Notes under the pieces: model-generated
Told to the model about the DNA's origin: nothing
Database searches by the model: none
Seen by the model: only the letters and a program-made list of their open reading frames with translations
In this document: in pieces, positions 11,042 to 20,558 of the stretch
How the letters are laid out: the number at the start of each line of letters is the position of its first letter
Position numbering within the stretch: position 1 is the first letter of the stretch
Assembly: GCA_963701175.1 (NCBI GenBank)
Contig: OY969573.1
Location: 385,232 to 449,231 of the forward strand
Length of the DNA: 64,000 nt
Source: an uncultured Solirubrobacteraceae bacterium
Lineage (GTDB): Bacteria; Actinomycetota; Thermoleophilia; Solirubrobacterales; Solirubrobacteraceae
Direction: 5' to 3'
Position numbers and translations under genes: made by a program

Positions 11042-12955
11042 ATGCTCGAACAGGCGACCCCGGCGCAGCCGCGGCAGCATCCCCTCCCCCCCGAGGAGCC
11101 CTCGCCGGGGCACTCGGGCCTGCTCGTGTGGGGAGCCGTGGCGGCGATCACGCTGGTGGCGGGCGCATTGCGCCTGGTCGACCTCGGCGGCTCGCCGCTG
11201 AACCCCTTCTACGACGCTGCCGTGCGGAGCATGTCGCGCTCCTGGCACAACTTCTTCCTCGGCGTCCTGGAGCCCGGCGGGAGCGTCTCGATCGACAAGC
11301 CCCCGGTCGACCTGTGGCTGCAGGTCGCGAGCGTCAGGGCGCTGGGCTTCTCGACGACCAGCCTGCTGCTCCCCGAGGCGCTGTTCGGGACGGCCGCGGT
11401 GCCGCTGCTGTTCCTGGCCGTGCGCCGCATCTGGAGCGTCCCCGCCGGGCTCGCCGCCGCGCTCGTGCTGGCGCTGCTGCCGATCGAGGTGATCACCTCC
11501 CGCAGCGACACGATGGACGGGGTGATGATGGCCCTGACGGTGCTCGCGCTGCTGTGCGTGACGCAGGCGGTGCAGGCCGGCAGCAGCGCCTGGCTGCTGG
11601 GCGCAGCGGCGGTCCTCGGGGTGGCCTTCGATGTCAAGCTCACGGAGTCGCTCGTGGCGCTCCCGGGCCTGGGGCTGTTCGCGGCGATGGCGCTCCCGGG
11701 CTCGCGCCGGCGGCGTGCCGCGCAGCTGCTGGCATGCGCGGCCGTGTACGTGGTCGTGGCGCTGGCGTGGCTGCTGGCGACGCTGGCCGTGCCGGCCCAC
11801 GAACGGCCGTTCGCCGTCGGCTCGAGCAACGGCAGCGCCTGGAACGCGGCGCTCGTGTTCAACGGCATCGACCGCCTCGAGGGAAAGCCGACGCCGGGCC
11901 AGGCGACGAGCACGGCCGACCCGCCCGGCACCCCGCCCCCCTCGCAGTACGGCCACCTGACCCAGGCCCAGCGCGAAGAGCGGATCCCGATCAGGCCTCC
12001 CTCGGCCGCACGCCTGCTCGACCGAGCGGGACCGCTGTCGGGTGACAAACTCGGCCTGCTGGTGGTGGCCGCCCTGCTGCTCGGCCTGCCGGCGCTGGCC
12101 TGCGAGCTGCTCGAGCGCCGCCGCCGCGGGCGCCCCGCGGGGAGGGCCCTGCCGGCGGCACAGCGGACGCGGCTGTGGGGGCTCGCGGGGCTGGTGCTGT
12201 GGCTGGTGCTGGGAACCGCGCTGTTCAGCCAGATGGCACACCTGCACCCGCGCTACACCGAGAGCATCACGCCGGCGGTCGCCGGCACGCTGGGGATCGG
12301 CCTCGCCTGGGCCTGCGCCCGTCGCAGCCGCGTGCGCCTGGGCGCGCTCGCGGTGTGCCTGCTCGGCCTGGCGATCTACGTCGAGCGGCTGCTGTTCGGG
12401 ACCCCGCCCGTGTGGTGGGTCGTGATCGGCTCAGCCGTCGGGGCGCTCGCGGCCGCCGCCCTGGCTGCGCCGCGGGCGCGTTCGTGGGCGCTCGTGCTGG
12501 CGCTCGCGAGCCTGCTGGCCGTCCCCGCCTGGGCCTCGGTGCGCGCGATCCAGCACCACACCACCGACACCAACCGGCTCGGCGTGCTGCCGCCCCGGCA
12601 GCTGCTGGCGCTCAGCTCCTACCTGCGCTCCCACCAGGGCTCGGCCCGCTATGAGGCCGCCTACGACGAGGCGACCCAACTCGGGTCGCTGGTGGTGCGC
12701 GACCAGCGCCCGCTGGTGGTGCTGAACTCGATCAACGCGCAGGTGGTCACGCCGCTGGCGCGGCTGCGTGCGCTGGCGGCCGCGGGCGCCGTCCGCTACG
12801 CGGTCCTGTCCGCCCCCTGCTCGCCCCACGACTCCCCCGCCGACCCCGACTGCTCGGCGGCGGCGCGGTGGGTGGCGGCGCACGGCGCCGACGTCTCCGC
12901 CGAAGCCGGTCTCGGACGGGGGCTCACACTGTGGCGGCTACCGGGAGCGAGGTGA
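11042..12955 (+). CDS. GT39/ArnT-like membrane glycosyltransferase
   Basis: NPFYDAAVRSM..SWHNFF, SIDKPP, SRSDTMD; many TM helices. Confidence 0.85.
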   Translation: MLEQATPAQPRQHPLPPEEPSPGHSGLLVWGAVAAITLVAGALRLVDLGGSPLNPFYDAAVRSMSRSWHNFFLGVLEPGGSVSIDKPPVDLWLQVASVRALGFSTTSLLLPEALFGTAAVPLLFLAVRRIWSVPAGLAAALVLALLPIEVITSRSDTMDGVMMALTVLALLCVTQAVQAGSSAWLLGAAAVLGVAFDVKLTESLVALPGLGLFAAMALPGSRRRRAAQLLACAAVYVVVALAWLLATLAVPAHERPFAVGSSNGSAWNAALVFNGIDRLEGKPTPGQATSTADPPGTPPPSQYGHLTQAQREERIPIRPPSAARLLDRAGPLSGDKLGLLVVAALLLGLPALACELLERRRRGRPAGRALPAAQRTRLWGLAGLVLWLVLGTALFSQMAHLHPRYTESITPAVAGTLGIGLAWACARRSRVRLGALAVCLLGLAIYVERLLFGTPPVWWVVIGSAVGALAAAALAAPRARSWALVLALASLLAVPAWASVRAIQHHTTDTNRLGVLPPRQLLALSSYLRSHQGSARYEAAYDEATQLGSLVVRDQRPLVVLNSINAQVVTPLARLRALAAAGAVRYAVLSAPCSPHDSPADPDCSAAARWVAAHGADVSAEAGLGRGLTLWRLPGAR

Positions 12956-13051
12956 CGCGGCTGGCGCAACATGCACATCTCGCCCGTGAGCGTCTACCTT
13001 TGAGCAGGCCAAACGTTGCGTTTTCCTATCCAATCAGGGCGATGGACCGCA

Positions 13052-13858
13052 TCAAGCATCCGTCTGGTTGTCGGGCCCGTCCAGCGGCGGCAGGCCGAGC
13101 TCGTCGGCGAGCGCCGGGAGCACCGCCTCGAGGTCGCCGTCGAGGCGCACCGCGGCGACCTCGTCCAGCGGCGTGGGGCCCTGCGTGACGATCGCCACCG
13201 CACCCCCGGCGCGGTGGGTCAGGAGGGGCAGGGAGGCGACCGGGTGGACCTCCAGCGAGGAGCCGATGCACAGCAGCAGGCCTGCACCGAGACAGAGGTC
13301 GTGGGCGCGCTCCAAGGCCGCGCGGGGAAGCAGCTCGCCGAACAGGACCACGTCCGGGCGCATCGGCGCGCCGCAGGTCTCGCAGCGGGGGACGCCGTCG
13401 GCGGCCTCGCGCACGCGCTCGCGTACGACGCCGAGCTCGGCGGCCTCGCCGCACGCCGAGCACGAGCAGGTCGCGATCGAGCCGTGCACCTCGACCAGTT
13501 CGCGGGTGCCGGCCCGGCGGTGGAGCATGTCCACGTTCTGGGTGATCACGGCCTGCAACAGCCCGGCGCGCTCCATTCGCACCAGCGCCAGGTGGGCGGG
13601 GTTGGGGCGCTTGCCCTCGAGCGTGGCGAAGCGCTCCCCGTAGAAGCTCCAGAAGGCCGACGGATCGCGCACGAAGGCGTCGATGTGGGCCACCTCCATC
13701 GGGTCGACGTTCTCCCACAGGCCGGTGCCGGGGCTGCGGAAGTCCGGGATCCCGGAGGGAACCGAGATGCCCGCGCCGGTCAGCGCGACCACCGGGCCGG
13801 CCGCGCCGAGGAGCGCGGCAAGCCGGGCGAGCTCGGGGCTGCGGGTGGCGGCGCCCAC
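13052..13858 (-). CDS. cobB: NAD-dependent protein deacylase (sirtuin)
   Basis: TGAGISVPSGIPDFRS, ITQNVDMLH, HGS, CxxC...CxxC, GSSLEVHP. Confidence 0.93.
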   Translation of the reverse strand: MGAATRSPELARLAALLGAAGPVVALTGAGISVPSGIPDFRSPGTGLWENVDPMEVAHIDAFVRDPSAFWSFYGERFATLEGKRPNPAHLALVRMERAGLLQAVITQNVDMLHRRAGTRELVEVHGSIATCSCSACGEAAELGVVRERVREAADGVPRCETCGAPMRPDVVLFGELLPRAALERAHDLCLGAGLLLCIGSSLEVHPVASLPLLTHRAGGAVAIVTQGPTPLDEVAAVRLDGDLEAVLPALADELGLPPLDGPDNQTDA

Positions 13859-13868
13859 GGCGGGCGGG

Positions 13869-15875
13869 TCAGCTGCCGGTGAAGGTCGGGCGGCGTTTGG
13901 AGAGGAACGCCGAGATGCCCTCGCGGGCGTCCGCGCTGCGCAGGGCGGTGGCGAAGGCCGCCTTCTCGGCCTCGATTCCCCGGTCGAGATCGCCGGCGCC
14001 GGAGACCCGCTTGATCTGCTCCGCCGCCAGCGGCGCCTGAGCGGTCAGCCGCCGCGCCCAGGAGAGGGCGGTGTCGAGCAGTTCGTGGTCGTCGACGAGC
14101 CGGGTGACGAGGCCGAGCTCGAAGGCTTCCTCGGCGAGGATCGGGTCGCCCACGAGGTTCATCTCGAGCGCCTTGCCGCTCCCCACCAGCCGCGGCAGGC
14201 GTTGGGTGCCGCCGAACCCCGGCAGGATGCCGAGCTTGATCTCGGGCTGGCCGAAGAGGGCCGAGCGCGCGGCGATGCGGAAGTCGCAGGCCATCGCCAG
14301 CTCGCAGCCGCCCCCGAAAGCGAGGCCGTTGACGGCCGCGATCGTCACGGTCCCCTCGGAGCCGAGCTCCCTCATCAGGGCGTGGCCCTCGTCGATCAGC
14401 TTCGTGCCCGCGTCCTCGTCCATGGTCGTGAACGACTTCACGTCCGCGCCGGCGCAGAACAGCATCGGGTTCGAGGAGGCGATCACCAGCGCCCGCACCC
14501 CGGCCGAGCGGACCGCCCGCCAGACGCTGGCGAGGTCCTGGATCACCTGCGGGGACAGCGAGTTCATCTGGCCGTTGGCCAGCCACGCGATCGCGATCCC
14601 GTCCTCGCGGGTCTCGAGCTTGACCGTCTCTGCCGGCTGCTCGGCGTCGGGGCGGGGGTAGGCGTAGAAGCCCTGGCCGGTCTTCTGGCCGAGCCTGCCC
14701 TGGGCCACCAGGCGGCGCAGGATGGTGGGCGGCGAGAAGCGCTCGCCGTGGCGCTCGTGGGCGTTCTCCATCCGCTCCAGGACGTCGTCGAGGCCGTCCA
14801 CGTCGGCCTTCATGAAGGGGGGCAGCAGGCCCCTGCGCGGGTCGAGCCCCGCGCCGGCCATCATCCCGAAGTCGATGTCGCGGTGGGTGGCGACGCCCTC
14901 CTCGAGCACCAGGCAGGCCTCCAGGAAGGTCTTCAGCGACAGCAGCTCGACGAGCTCCTCGATGTCCGGCTGCGCCTCGCCGGGGACGTTGGGCCCGCCC
15001 TCGGCGTCGTAGAAGCCCTCGCCCCCGGTCTTGGCGCCGAGCTTGCCGTCCGCGACCAGCTTCTGCATGCTCTTCGGGACGTAGAAGCGTTCCTCGCCGT
15101 AGGACTCGACCAGGTGCTCGGCGACGTGCAGGACGGTGTCGAGGCCGAGCAGGTTGACGAGGAAGTAGGGCCCCATCGGCGTCACCCCGGCGGACCCCAC
15201 GCCCTCGTCGATGAGCTTGATCGAGAGGCCCCTCTGCTCCTGCTCGCGCCAGATCTCCGAGACGCCGGAGTTGAGCACCCGGTTGACGACGAAGCCGGGC
15301 ACCTCGGCGCAGGTGATCGGCTGCTTGCGGATCGCCTGGGCGAACGTGACCGCCGCGGTGACGGTCTCGGCGGAGGTCTCCTCGCCTTCCACGATCTCGA
15401 CCAGCGGCATCACCGAGGCCGGGTAGAAGTAGTGGAAGCCGATCACCTTGTCCGGGCGCAGGGTGGCGTCGGCGATCTCGCTGATCGACAGCGAGGAGGT
15501 GTTGGAGGCGAGGATCGCGTGACCGGGGGTGCACGCGTCGAGCTCGGCGAACACGGCCTGCTTGATGTTCATCCGCTCGGGGACGGCCTCGATCACGAGG
15601 TCGACCTCGCCGAAGCCCTCGTAGCTGGTCGTGGGCTGGATCCGGCCCAGGACCTCGGCGACGCGCGCCTCGCCCTGCTCGGCCGACAGGCGGCCTTTCT
15701 CGACCACTTTCGAGACCTGCCCGGCGGTGACGTTGCGGGCCTCGTCGATGCCGGCCTGGACGAGCTGCTCGTCGATGTCCTTGAGGATCACCGGCACCCC
15801 GGCGGCGGCGATCGTCTGGGCGATCTGCCCACCCATCGTCCCCGCGCCCACTACCGCGGCCTTGAACACGAACAT
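13869..15875 (-). CDS. 3-hydroxyacyl-CoA dehydrogenase / enoyl-CoA hydratase fusion (HAD first, crotonase C-terminal)
   Basis: GAGTMG, EAVPE, SNTSS, PGFVVNR; C-terminal FCAGAD, AFGGGCE, GQPE..LG..PGFGGTQRL. Confidence 0.92.
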   Translation of the reverse strand: MFVFKAAVVGAGTMGGQIAQTIAAAGVPVILKDIDEQLVQAGIDEARNVTAGQVSKVVEKGRLSAEQGEARVAEVLGRIQPTTSYEGFGEVDLVIEAVPERMNIKQAVFAELDACTPGHAILASNTSSLSISEIADATLRPDKVIGFHYFYPASVMPLVEIVEGEETSAETVTAAVTFAQAIRKQPITCAEVPGFVVNRVLNSGVSEIWREQEQRGLSIKLIDEGVGSAGVTPMGPYFLVNLLGLDTVLHVAEHLVESYGEERFYVPKSMQKLVADGKLGAKTGGEGFYDAEGGPNVPGEAQPDIEELVELLSLKTFLEACLVLEEGVATHRDIDFGMMAGAGLDPRRGLLPPFMKADVDGLDDVLERMENAHERHGERFSPPTILRRLVAQGRLGQKTGQGFYAYPRPDAEQPAETVKLETREDGIAIAWLANGQMNSLSPQVIQDLASVWRAVRSAGVRALVIASSNPMLFCAGADVKSFTTMDEDAGTKLIDEGHALMRELGSEGTVTIAAVNGLAFGGGCELAMACDFRIAARSALFGQPEIKLGILPGFGGTQRLPRLVGSGKALEMNLVGDPILAEEAFELGLVTRLVDDHELLDTALSWARRLTAQAPLAAEQIKRVSGAGDLDRGIEAEKAAFATALRSADAREGISAFLSKRRPTFTGS

Positions 15876-15926
15876 GCTTCGAGCCTCCTCTTCTGCCTGG
15901 TTGTCGCGGCGCCTGCGCCGCGCACT

Positions 15927-17099
15927 CTAGGCGGCGACGGTGGCCGGCTCCTCCACCCTGCGCGGGAGGAGGGTTTCGCGGGCGATCACCAGACGCTGGA
16001 TCTGGGAGGTGCCCTCGTACAGCTGCATGATCTTCGCGTCGCGGAACAGCTTCTCGACCGGGTAGTCCTTGATGAAGCCGTACCCGCCGTAGATCTGCAC
16101 GGCGTCGGTGGCGACCTTCATCGCGGCATCGGCGGCGAAGCGCTTGGCGTGCGAGGACACGAGCGTGTTGCGTTCGCCCGAGTCGAGCATCGTGGCCGAC
16201 TTCCAGGTCAGCAGCCGGGCGGCCTCGATTTCGGTGGCCATGTCGGCGATCATGAACTGGATCGCCTGGTGCATCGCGATCGGGACCCCGAACTGGACCC
16301 GTTCACGGGCGTAGTCGGTGGCGAACTCGAATGCCGCCCTGGCGATTCCGGTGGCCATCGCGGCCACCCCGGGACGGGTGCGGTCGAGGGTCATCATCGC
16401 GAGCTTGAAGCCCTTGTTCTCCTCGCCGAGCAGGTTCTCGGCGGGGACCTCGACGTCGTTGAAGGAGATCGTGGCCGTGTTGGAGGCGCGCTGACCGAGC
16501 TTGTCCTCCTTCTTGTCCACCACCACGCCCCAGTCGCGCTCGACCACGAACGCCGAGATGCCGCGGTGGCCGGCGTCCTTGTCGGTCTTCGCGTAGACGG
16601 TGTAGTAGTCGGCATAGCCGCCGTTGGTGATGAAGCACTTGGAGCCGTTGATGACGTACTTGTCGCCGTGGCGGACGGCGGTCGTGCGCATCCCCGACAC
16701 ATCCGAGCCGGCGTCGGGCTCGGTCAGGCAGAAGGAGGCGAGCTTGGGGGCTTCGGTGAGCATCCCCAAGTACTTGCGCTTGACCTCCTCGGAGCCGCCG
16801 ATGTGGATCGGCGTGGTCGCGAGGCCGTTGCAGCCGAGCGAGGTCTGGATCCCCGAGCACCCCCACGAGAGCTCCTCCTCGATCAGGCACCCGTCCAGGA
16901 AGCCGGCGCCGGCGCCCCCGTACTCCTCGGGGATGTGGGAGTTCATCAGCCCGAGCTCCCAGGCTTTCTCGATGATCCCCTGCGGCCAGGTGCCCTCGCG
17001 GTCGTACTCCCAGGCGACCGGACGGATCTCCTTGACGGCGAAGTCGTGCGCCATCTCGCGGAGGCTCTTCTGCTCGTCGGTGAGCGTGAATTCGACCAT
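15927..17099 (-). CDS. acyl-CoA dehydrogenase
   Basis: FCLTEPDAGSD, NGSKCFIT, KLGQRAS, GGYGF..DYPVEK..RDAKI.QLYEGT. Confidence 0.95.
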   Translation of the reverse strand: MVEFTLTDEQKSLREMAHDFAVKEIRPVAWEYDREGTWPQGIIEKAWELGLMNSHIPEEYGGAGAGFLDGCLIEEELSWGCSGIQTSLGCNGLATTPIHIGGSEEVKRKYLGMLTEAPKLASFCLTEPDAGSDVSGMRTTAVRHGDKYVINGSKCFITNGGYADYYTVYAKTDKDAGHRGISAFVVERDWGVVVDKKEDKLGQRASNTATISFNDVEVPAENLLGEENKGFKLAMMTLDRTRPGVAAMATGIARAAFEFATDYARERVQFGVPIAMHQAIQFMIADMATEIEAARLLTWKSATMLDSGERNTLVSSHAKRFAADAAMKVATDAVQIYGGYGFIKDYPVEKLFRDAKIMQLYEGTSQIQRLVIARETLLPRRVEEPATVAA

Positions 17100-17158
17100 T
17101 GCGACAGTCTCCTAACGGGCGCTCGGCCCAAAGCTGAGGGGCCCTCGGCCCACGTAGA

Positions 17159-17174
17159 TTGACTGGTCAGTCAA
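17159..17174. promoter_or_regulatory. palindromic operator TTGACT-GGTC-AGTCAA (TetR-family-like)
   Basis: perfect 6-bp arms in the divergent intergenic region 60 bp upstream of the acyl-CoA dehydrogenase. Confidence 0.65.
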
Positions 17175-17228
17175 CCGTTACGGCCTGGAGGGTAGCGAAG
17201 CGGGCGGCTATCGGCAACAATCAGACGA

Positions 17229-17711
17229 GTGGACGGCAGCTCGCCGGCGTTCGTGCTCGGGATCGTCGAGAACGGCTTCACGTTCGTCGTGCTCGGGACG
17301 GTGGCCTTCTCGCTGTTGATGTCGGTGCTGTTCCTGGTCACGAAGGACAGCGACTCGCTGTACGACCAGATCGGCCAGGGGGGCATCTCGCGCGAAGACG
17401 ACGCCCCCGGCGGCGGGGGCCAGCAGCTCGACACCACGGCCGCCCGCGCCGAGCAGGAGGAGGAGATCCGGCAGATGCTCGGAGCCCGCAACGAACGACT
17501 GCTGCGGCGGGGCGAACCGGCCCTCGATGTGGACGCCGAGGTGAGCCGCCTGCTCGATGCGGCGACGCAGGCGCGTAGCCACGATCCCGGACTCGAAGAA
17601 GAGGTTCGTCAGCTGGTGATCGCTCGCAACGAACGACGCCGACGGCAGGGTCTCGAGGAGGTCGACGTGGACGGCGAGGTGGCGCGCGCGCTCCAGGAGC
17701 TGGACCCGTGA
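17229..17711 (+). CDS. membrane-anchored hypothetical protein with an internal duplicated motif
   Basis: N-terminal TM helix; two copies of EEE(I/V)RQ...ARNER..R.G....DVD.EV.R.L. Confidence 0.75.
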   Translation: MDGSSPAFVLGIVENGFTFVVLGTVAFSLLMSVLFLVTKDSDSLYDQIGQGGISREDDAPGGGGQQLDTTAARAEQEEEIRQMLGARNERLLRRGEPALDVDAEVSRLLDAATQARSHDPGLEEEVRQLVIARNERRRRQGLEEVDVDGEVARALQELDP

Positions 17712-17745
17712 ACCGGACCGCCCCGCGGTCGGGTATAAACGCGCC

Positions 17746-18114
17746 ATGACGAACGCTCGCCGCTTCGCGCTGGATGAGCTGACCCTGCGTCCGGGTACCT
17801 ACTTCAACCCCCAGACCGAGATCATGATCGTGGTCGACGATTCCCCCGAGGTCGACCACGAGCTCTTCGACATGGACGAGTTCGACAACGACGAGTGGGT
17901 GCTGATCGCCGAGGACATCCCGCTCGACGAGAGCCGCCGCGACGATCTGGTGGAGCGCTTCCAGCGCACCCACCAGGACGCGGAGGCGATGCTGCCCAAG
18001 GACGAGGGCGACCCCGACCTGGACCTCGACCTCGACGAGGACGACGAAGACGGCGACCTCGACGAGGAAGAGGAAGAGGACGAACTCGACGGGCTGGAGC
18101 TCGAACAGGGGTGA
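17746..18114 (+). CDS. highly acidic hypothetical protein
   Basis: 122-aa ORF with D/E-rich tail and coding-like codon usage. Confidence 0.75.
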   Translation: MTNARRFALDELTLRPGTYFNPQTEIMIVVDDSPEVDHELFDMDEFDNDEWVLIAEDIPLDESRRDDLVERFQRTHQDAEAMLPKDEGDPDLDLDLDEDDEDGDLDEEEEEDELDGLELEQG

Positions 18115-18148
18115 CCCACCGGCGCCGGCGTGGGCGCCCGTTCGTAGC

Positions 18149-19540
18149 ATGGCGTCGGTGCGCGCCAAGCTGACCGCGGCACTGTTGGCCGGATCGCTGG
18201 CCGGATCGCTGCTGGCGGGAGCCTTCCTGGCGGGGACCGCCTCCGCCGCCCGCGGACCGACAGTCAGCGGGGCGCTGTCGACGCTGCTGCACGAAGCGCG
18301 GATCGAACCGACGGCCTACAGCCAGGACCTCGCCACCTACGTGGCCGCCAAACACGCGGTCGGCGTGCTCACGGGGACCCGTCGCAGCGAACTGGACGCG
18401 GTGCTGGCCAACACCCAGGCGCTGGCGGCCTCGGGACAGCTGATCCCCTCGCGGCTGGCGATCGCGTTCCTGACCTTGGAACGCAACCTAGAGTGGTGGA
18501 CGACCGAACCGCTGATCGGCGCCTCCCAGCGGATCTCCTTTCCCGACAGCGAGATCTTGTGGGAGCACTACGCCGGCGAGGGGATCCAGATCCAGTGGCT
18601 GGGGACCTTCGGGGAGGGCAACGGCTACTTCACGGCACACGAAAACACGCACCTGCACGAGCTGCTGTCGGAAGTGATCCCGCTGGCCACCGACCGCGCC
18701 GGGGGAATCGCCTGGGAGTACATGTTCTCGTTCGACGGCGGCGCGCCCCCGTGGACCAGCGCGCTCTCGCAGGGCACGGCCATCCAGCTGCTCGCCCGGG
18801 CCTACTCGCGCTACCACGAAGCGGCCCTGTTGACCGCGGCCCAGCAGGCCCTCGGGATCTTCCAGACGCCGCCTCCGCTGGGGGTGAGGGTCGACGCCGC
18901 CGGCGGGGCGGCCCTCTACGCGCAGTACTCCTTCGCCCCCTCCGATCGCATCCTCAACGGCTTCATCCAGTCGCTGGTGGGTCTCTACGACTACACCTCG
19001 ATCACCAAGGACCCGCTCGGCCTGGCGCTGTTCCAGGCCGGCGACGCGGAGGCGAGGGCGCTGGTGCCCCGCTACGACACCGGCGCCTGGAGCATGTACG
19101 ACCAGCACGGCGAATCGACCCTCAACTATCACGAGCTGCTCACCGAATTCCTGCAGCACCTGTGCGAACGCACGCAGAAGGGTCCGCCGCTGGGCCCGGC
19201 GGTGCCGTTGACCGAAGACGGCATCTACTGCACCACCGCCCAGCGCTTCACCGCCGACCTCACGACCCCGCCGGTGGTGTCGCTGCTGTCGACCACGCTG
19301 CGCACCGGCACCCGTGCCGGCGTGGCCGTCTCGCTGTCGAAGATCTCCAACGTCAAGCTCACCATCAGCCGCGGCGCGCACGTCGTGTGGACGGTGGCGG
19401 CGCAGGTCCCCGGCGGGGACCCGCGGCTGCTGTGGAAGACGCCCGCCGCCAGCGGCAGCTACACGGTGGCGATCACGGCCACCGACCTCGCCGGCAACAC
19501 CTCCACGGCGTCGGGCACGATCACGTTGAAGAAGAAGTAG
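18149..19540 (+). CDS. secreted D-glucuronyl C5-epimerase-family protein with C-terminal beta-domain
   Basis: signal peptide; WTSALSQG, ILNGFI, YDTGAWS.YD, YHELL motifs resemble the C5-epimerase C-terminal domain. Confidence 0.7.
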   Translation: MASVRAKLTAALLAGSLAGSLLAGAFLAGTASAARGPTVSGALSTLLHEARIEPTAYSQDLATYVAAKHAVGVLTGTRRSELDAVLANTQALAASGQLIPSRLAIAFLTLERNLEWWTTEPLIGASQRISFPDSEILWEHYAGEGIQIQWLGTFGEGNGYFTAHENTHLHELLSEVIPLATDRAGGIAWEYMFSFDGGAPPWTSALSQGTAIQLLARAYSRYHEAALLTAAQQALGIFQTPPPLGVRVDAAGGAALYAQYSFAPSDRILNGFIQSLVGLYDYTSITKDPLGLALFQAGDAEARALVPRYDTGAWSMYDQHGESTLNYHELLTEFLQHLCERTQKGPPLGPAVPLTEDGIYCTTAQRFTADLTTPPVVSLLSTTLRTGTRAGVAVSLSKISNVKLTISRGAHVVWTVAAQVPGGDPRLLWKTPAASGSYTVAITATDLAGNTSTASGTITLKKK

Positions 19541-19754
19541 CGGCGCGGGCGACGGCACCGGCCGGGCGGCTCGCCGCCGGCGCAGCGGACAGCGGGCGCG
19601 AGCGGCGGCGCGGCCGTGGCCGGCTCGTGGCGGCGCCTATGATGAACCGGCAATAGCGACCTCTGCTGGACAGCCATCGGCGCCCGCCTCCGTCGCAGAC
19701 CTCGCCGAGGGACTGCGCGCTGTCGGCTACCTGCCCGGCGAGTCGACCGCGCTG

Positions 19755-20558
19755 GTGGCCTACCTGGCGATCAAGCTCGGCAAGCCGGTGCTGGTCGAGG
19801 GTCCCGCCGGGGTCGGCAAGACCGAGCTCGCCAAGGCACTCGCCCAGCATCTCGATCGCGAGCTCGTGCGGCTGCAGTGCTACGAGGGCCTCGACGAGGC
19901 CAAGTCGCTGTACGAGTGGAACTACCGCAAGCAGCTGCTGCGCATCCAGACCGAGGCCGACGGCGCCGGCTGGGAGGCCGTCCAGGACGACATCTTCGGC
20001 GAGGAGTTCCTGCTCGCGAGGCCGCTGATGACGGCCATCACCTCCGAGCAGCCGGTGGTGCTGCTGATCGACGAGATCGACAAGACCGACCAGGAGTTCG
20101 AGGCGATGCTGCTGGAGGTGCTGTCCGACTTCCAGATCTCGATCCCCGAGCTCGGCCGCCTGGAGTCGCGCACCCACCCGGTGGTGCTGCTGACATCCAA
20201 CAACTCGCGCGAGCTGACGGAGGCGCTGAAGCGGCGCTGCCTGTACCTGTGGCTCGACTACCCGGAGCTCGAGCACGAGCTCGAAATCGTGCGCCTGCAT
20301 GCGCCCGGGCTGTCCGAGGCGATCGCCCGCCGGCTGGTCGAGGTGATCGGCATGGTGCGCGACCTCGACCTGAAGAAGCCGCCCTCGATCGCGGAGTCGA
20401 TCGATTGGGCCCGCGCGCTGCTGCTGCTGGGCGCGCGGGAGATCGACGCCGACATCTTCAACGAGACGATGTCGGTGATCGTCAAGCACCGCACCGACAT
20501 GGACGTGGTCGCCGAGCGGGTGGGGCTGAAGCTGCGCTCGCCGGCCGATGTCGCCTGA
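19755..20558 (+). CDS. MoxR/CoxD-family AAA+ ATPase
   Basis: EGPAGVGKT, LQCYEGLD, LLIDEIDK, LKRRC; the frame is open upstream to at least 19653 (AEGLRAVGYLP), so the true start is earlier than given. Confidence 0.9.
   Translation: MAYLAIKLGKPVLVEGPAGVGKTELAKALAQHLDRELVRLQCYEGLDEAKSLYEWNYRKQLLRIQTEADGAGWEAVQDDIFGEEFLLARPLMTAITSEQPVVLLIDEIDKTDQEFEAMLLEVLSDFQISIPELGRLESRTHPVVLLTSNNSRELTEALKRRCLYLWLDYPELEHELEIVRLHAPGLSEAIARRLVEVIGMVRDLDLKKPPSIAESIDWARALLLLGAREIDADIFNETMSVIVKHRTDMDVVAERVGLKLRSPADVA

Noticed and set aside
12956-13203. A/T-richer patch and 69-aa ORF 12994-13203
   Set aside because: The ORF mostly overlaps cobB in another frame; the patch has no repeats or motif I can support.
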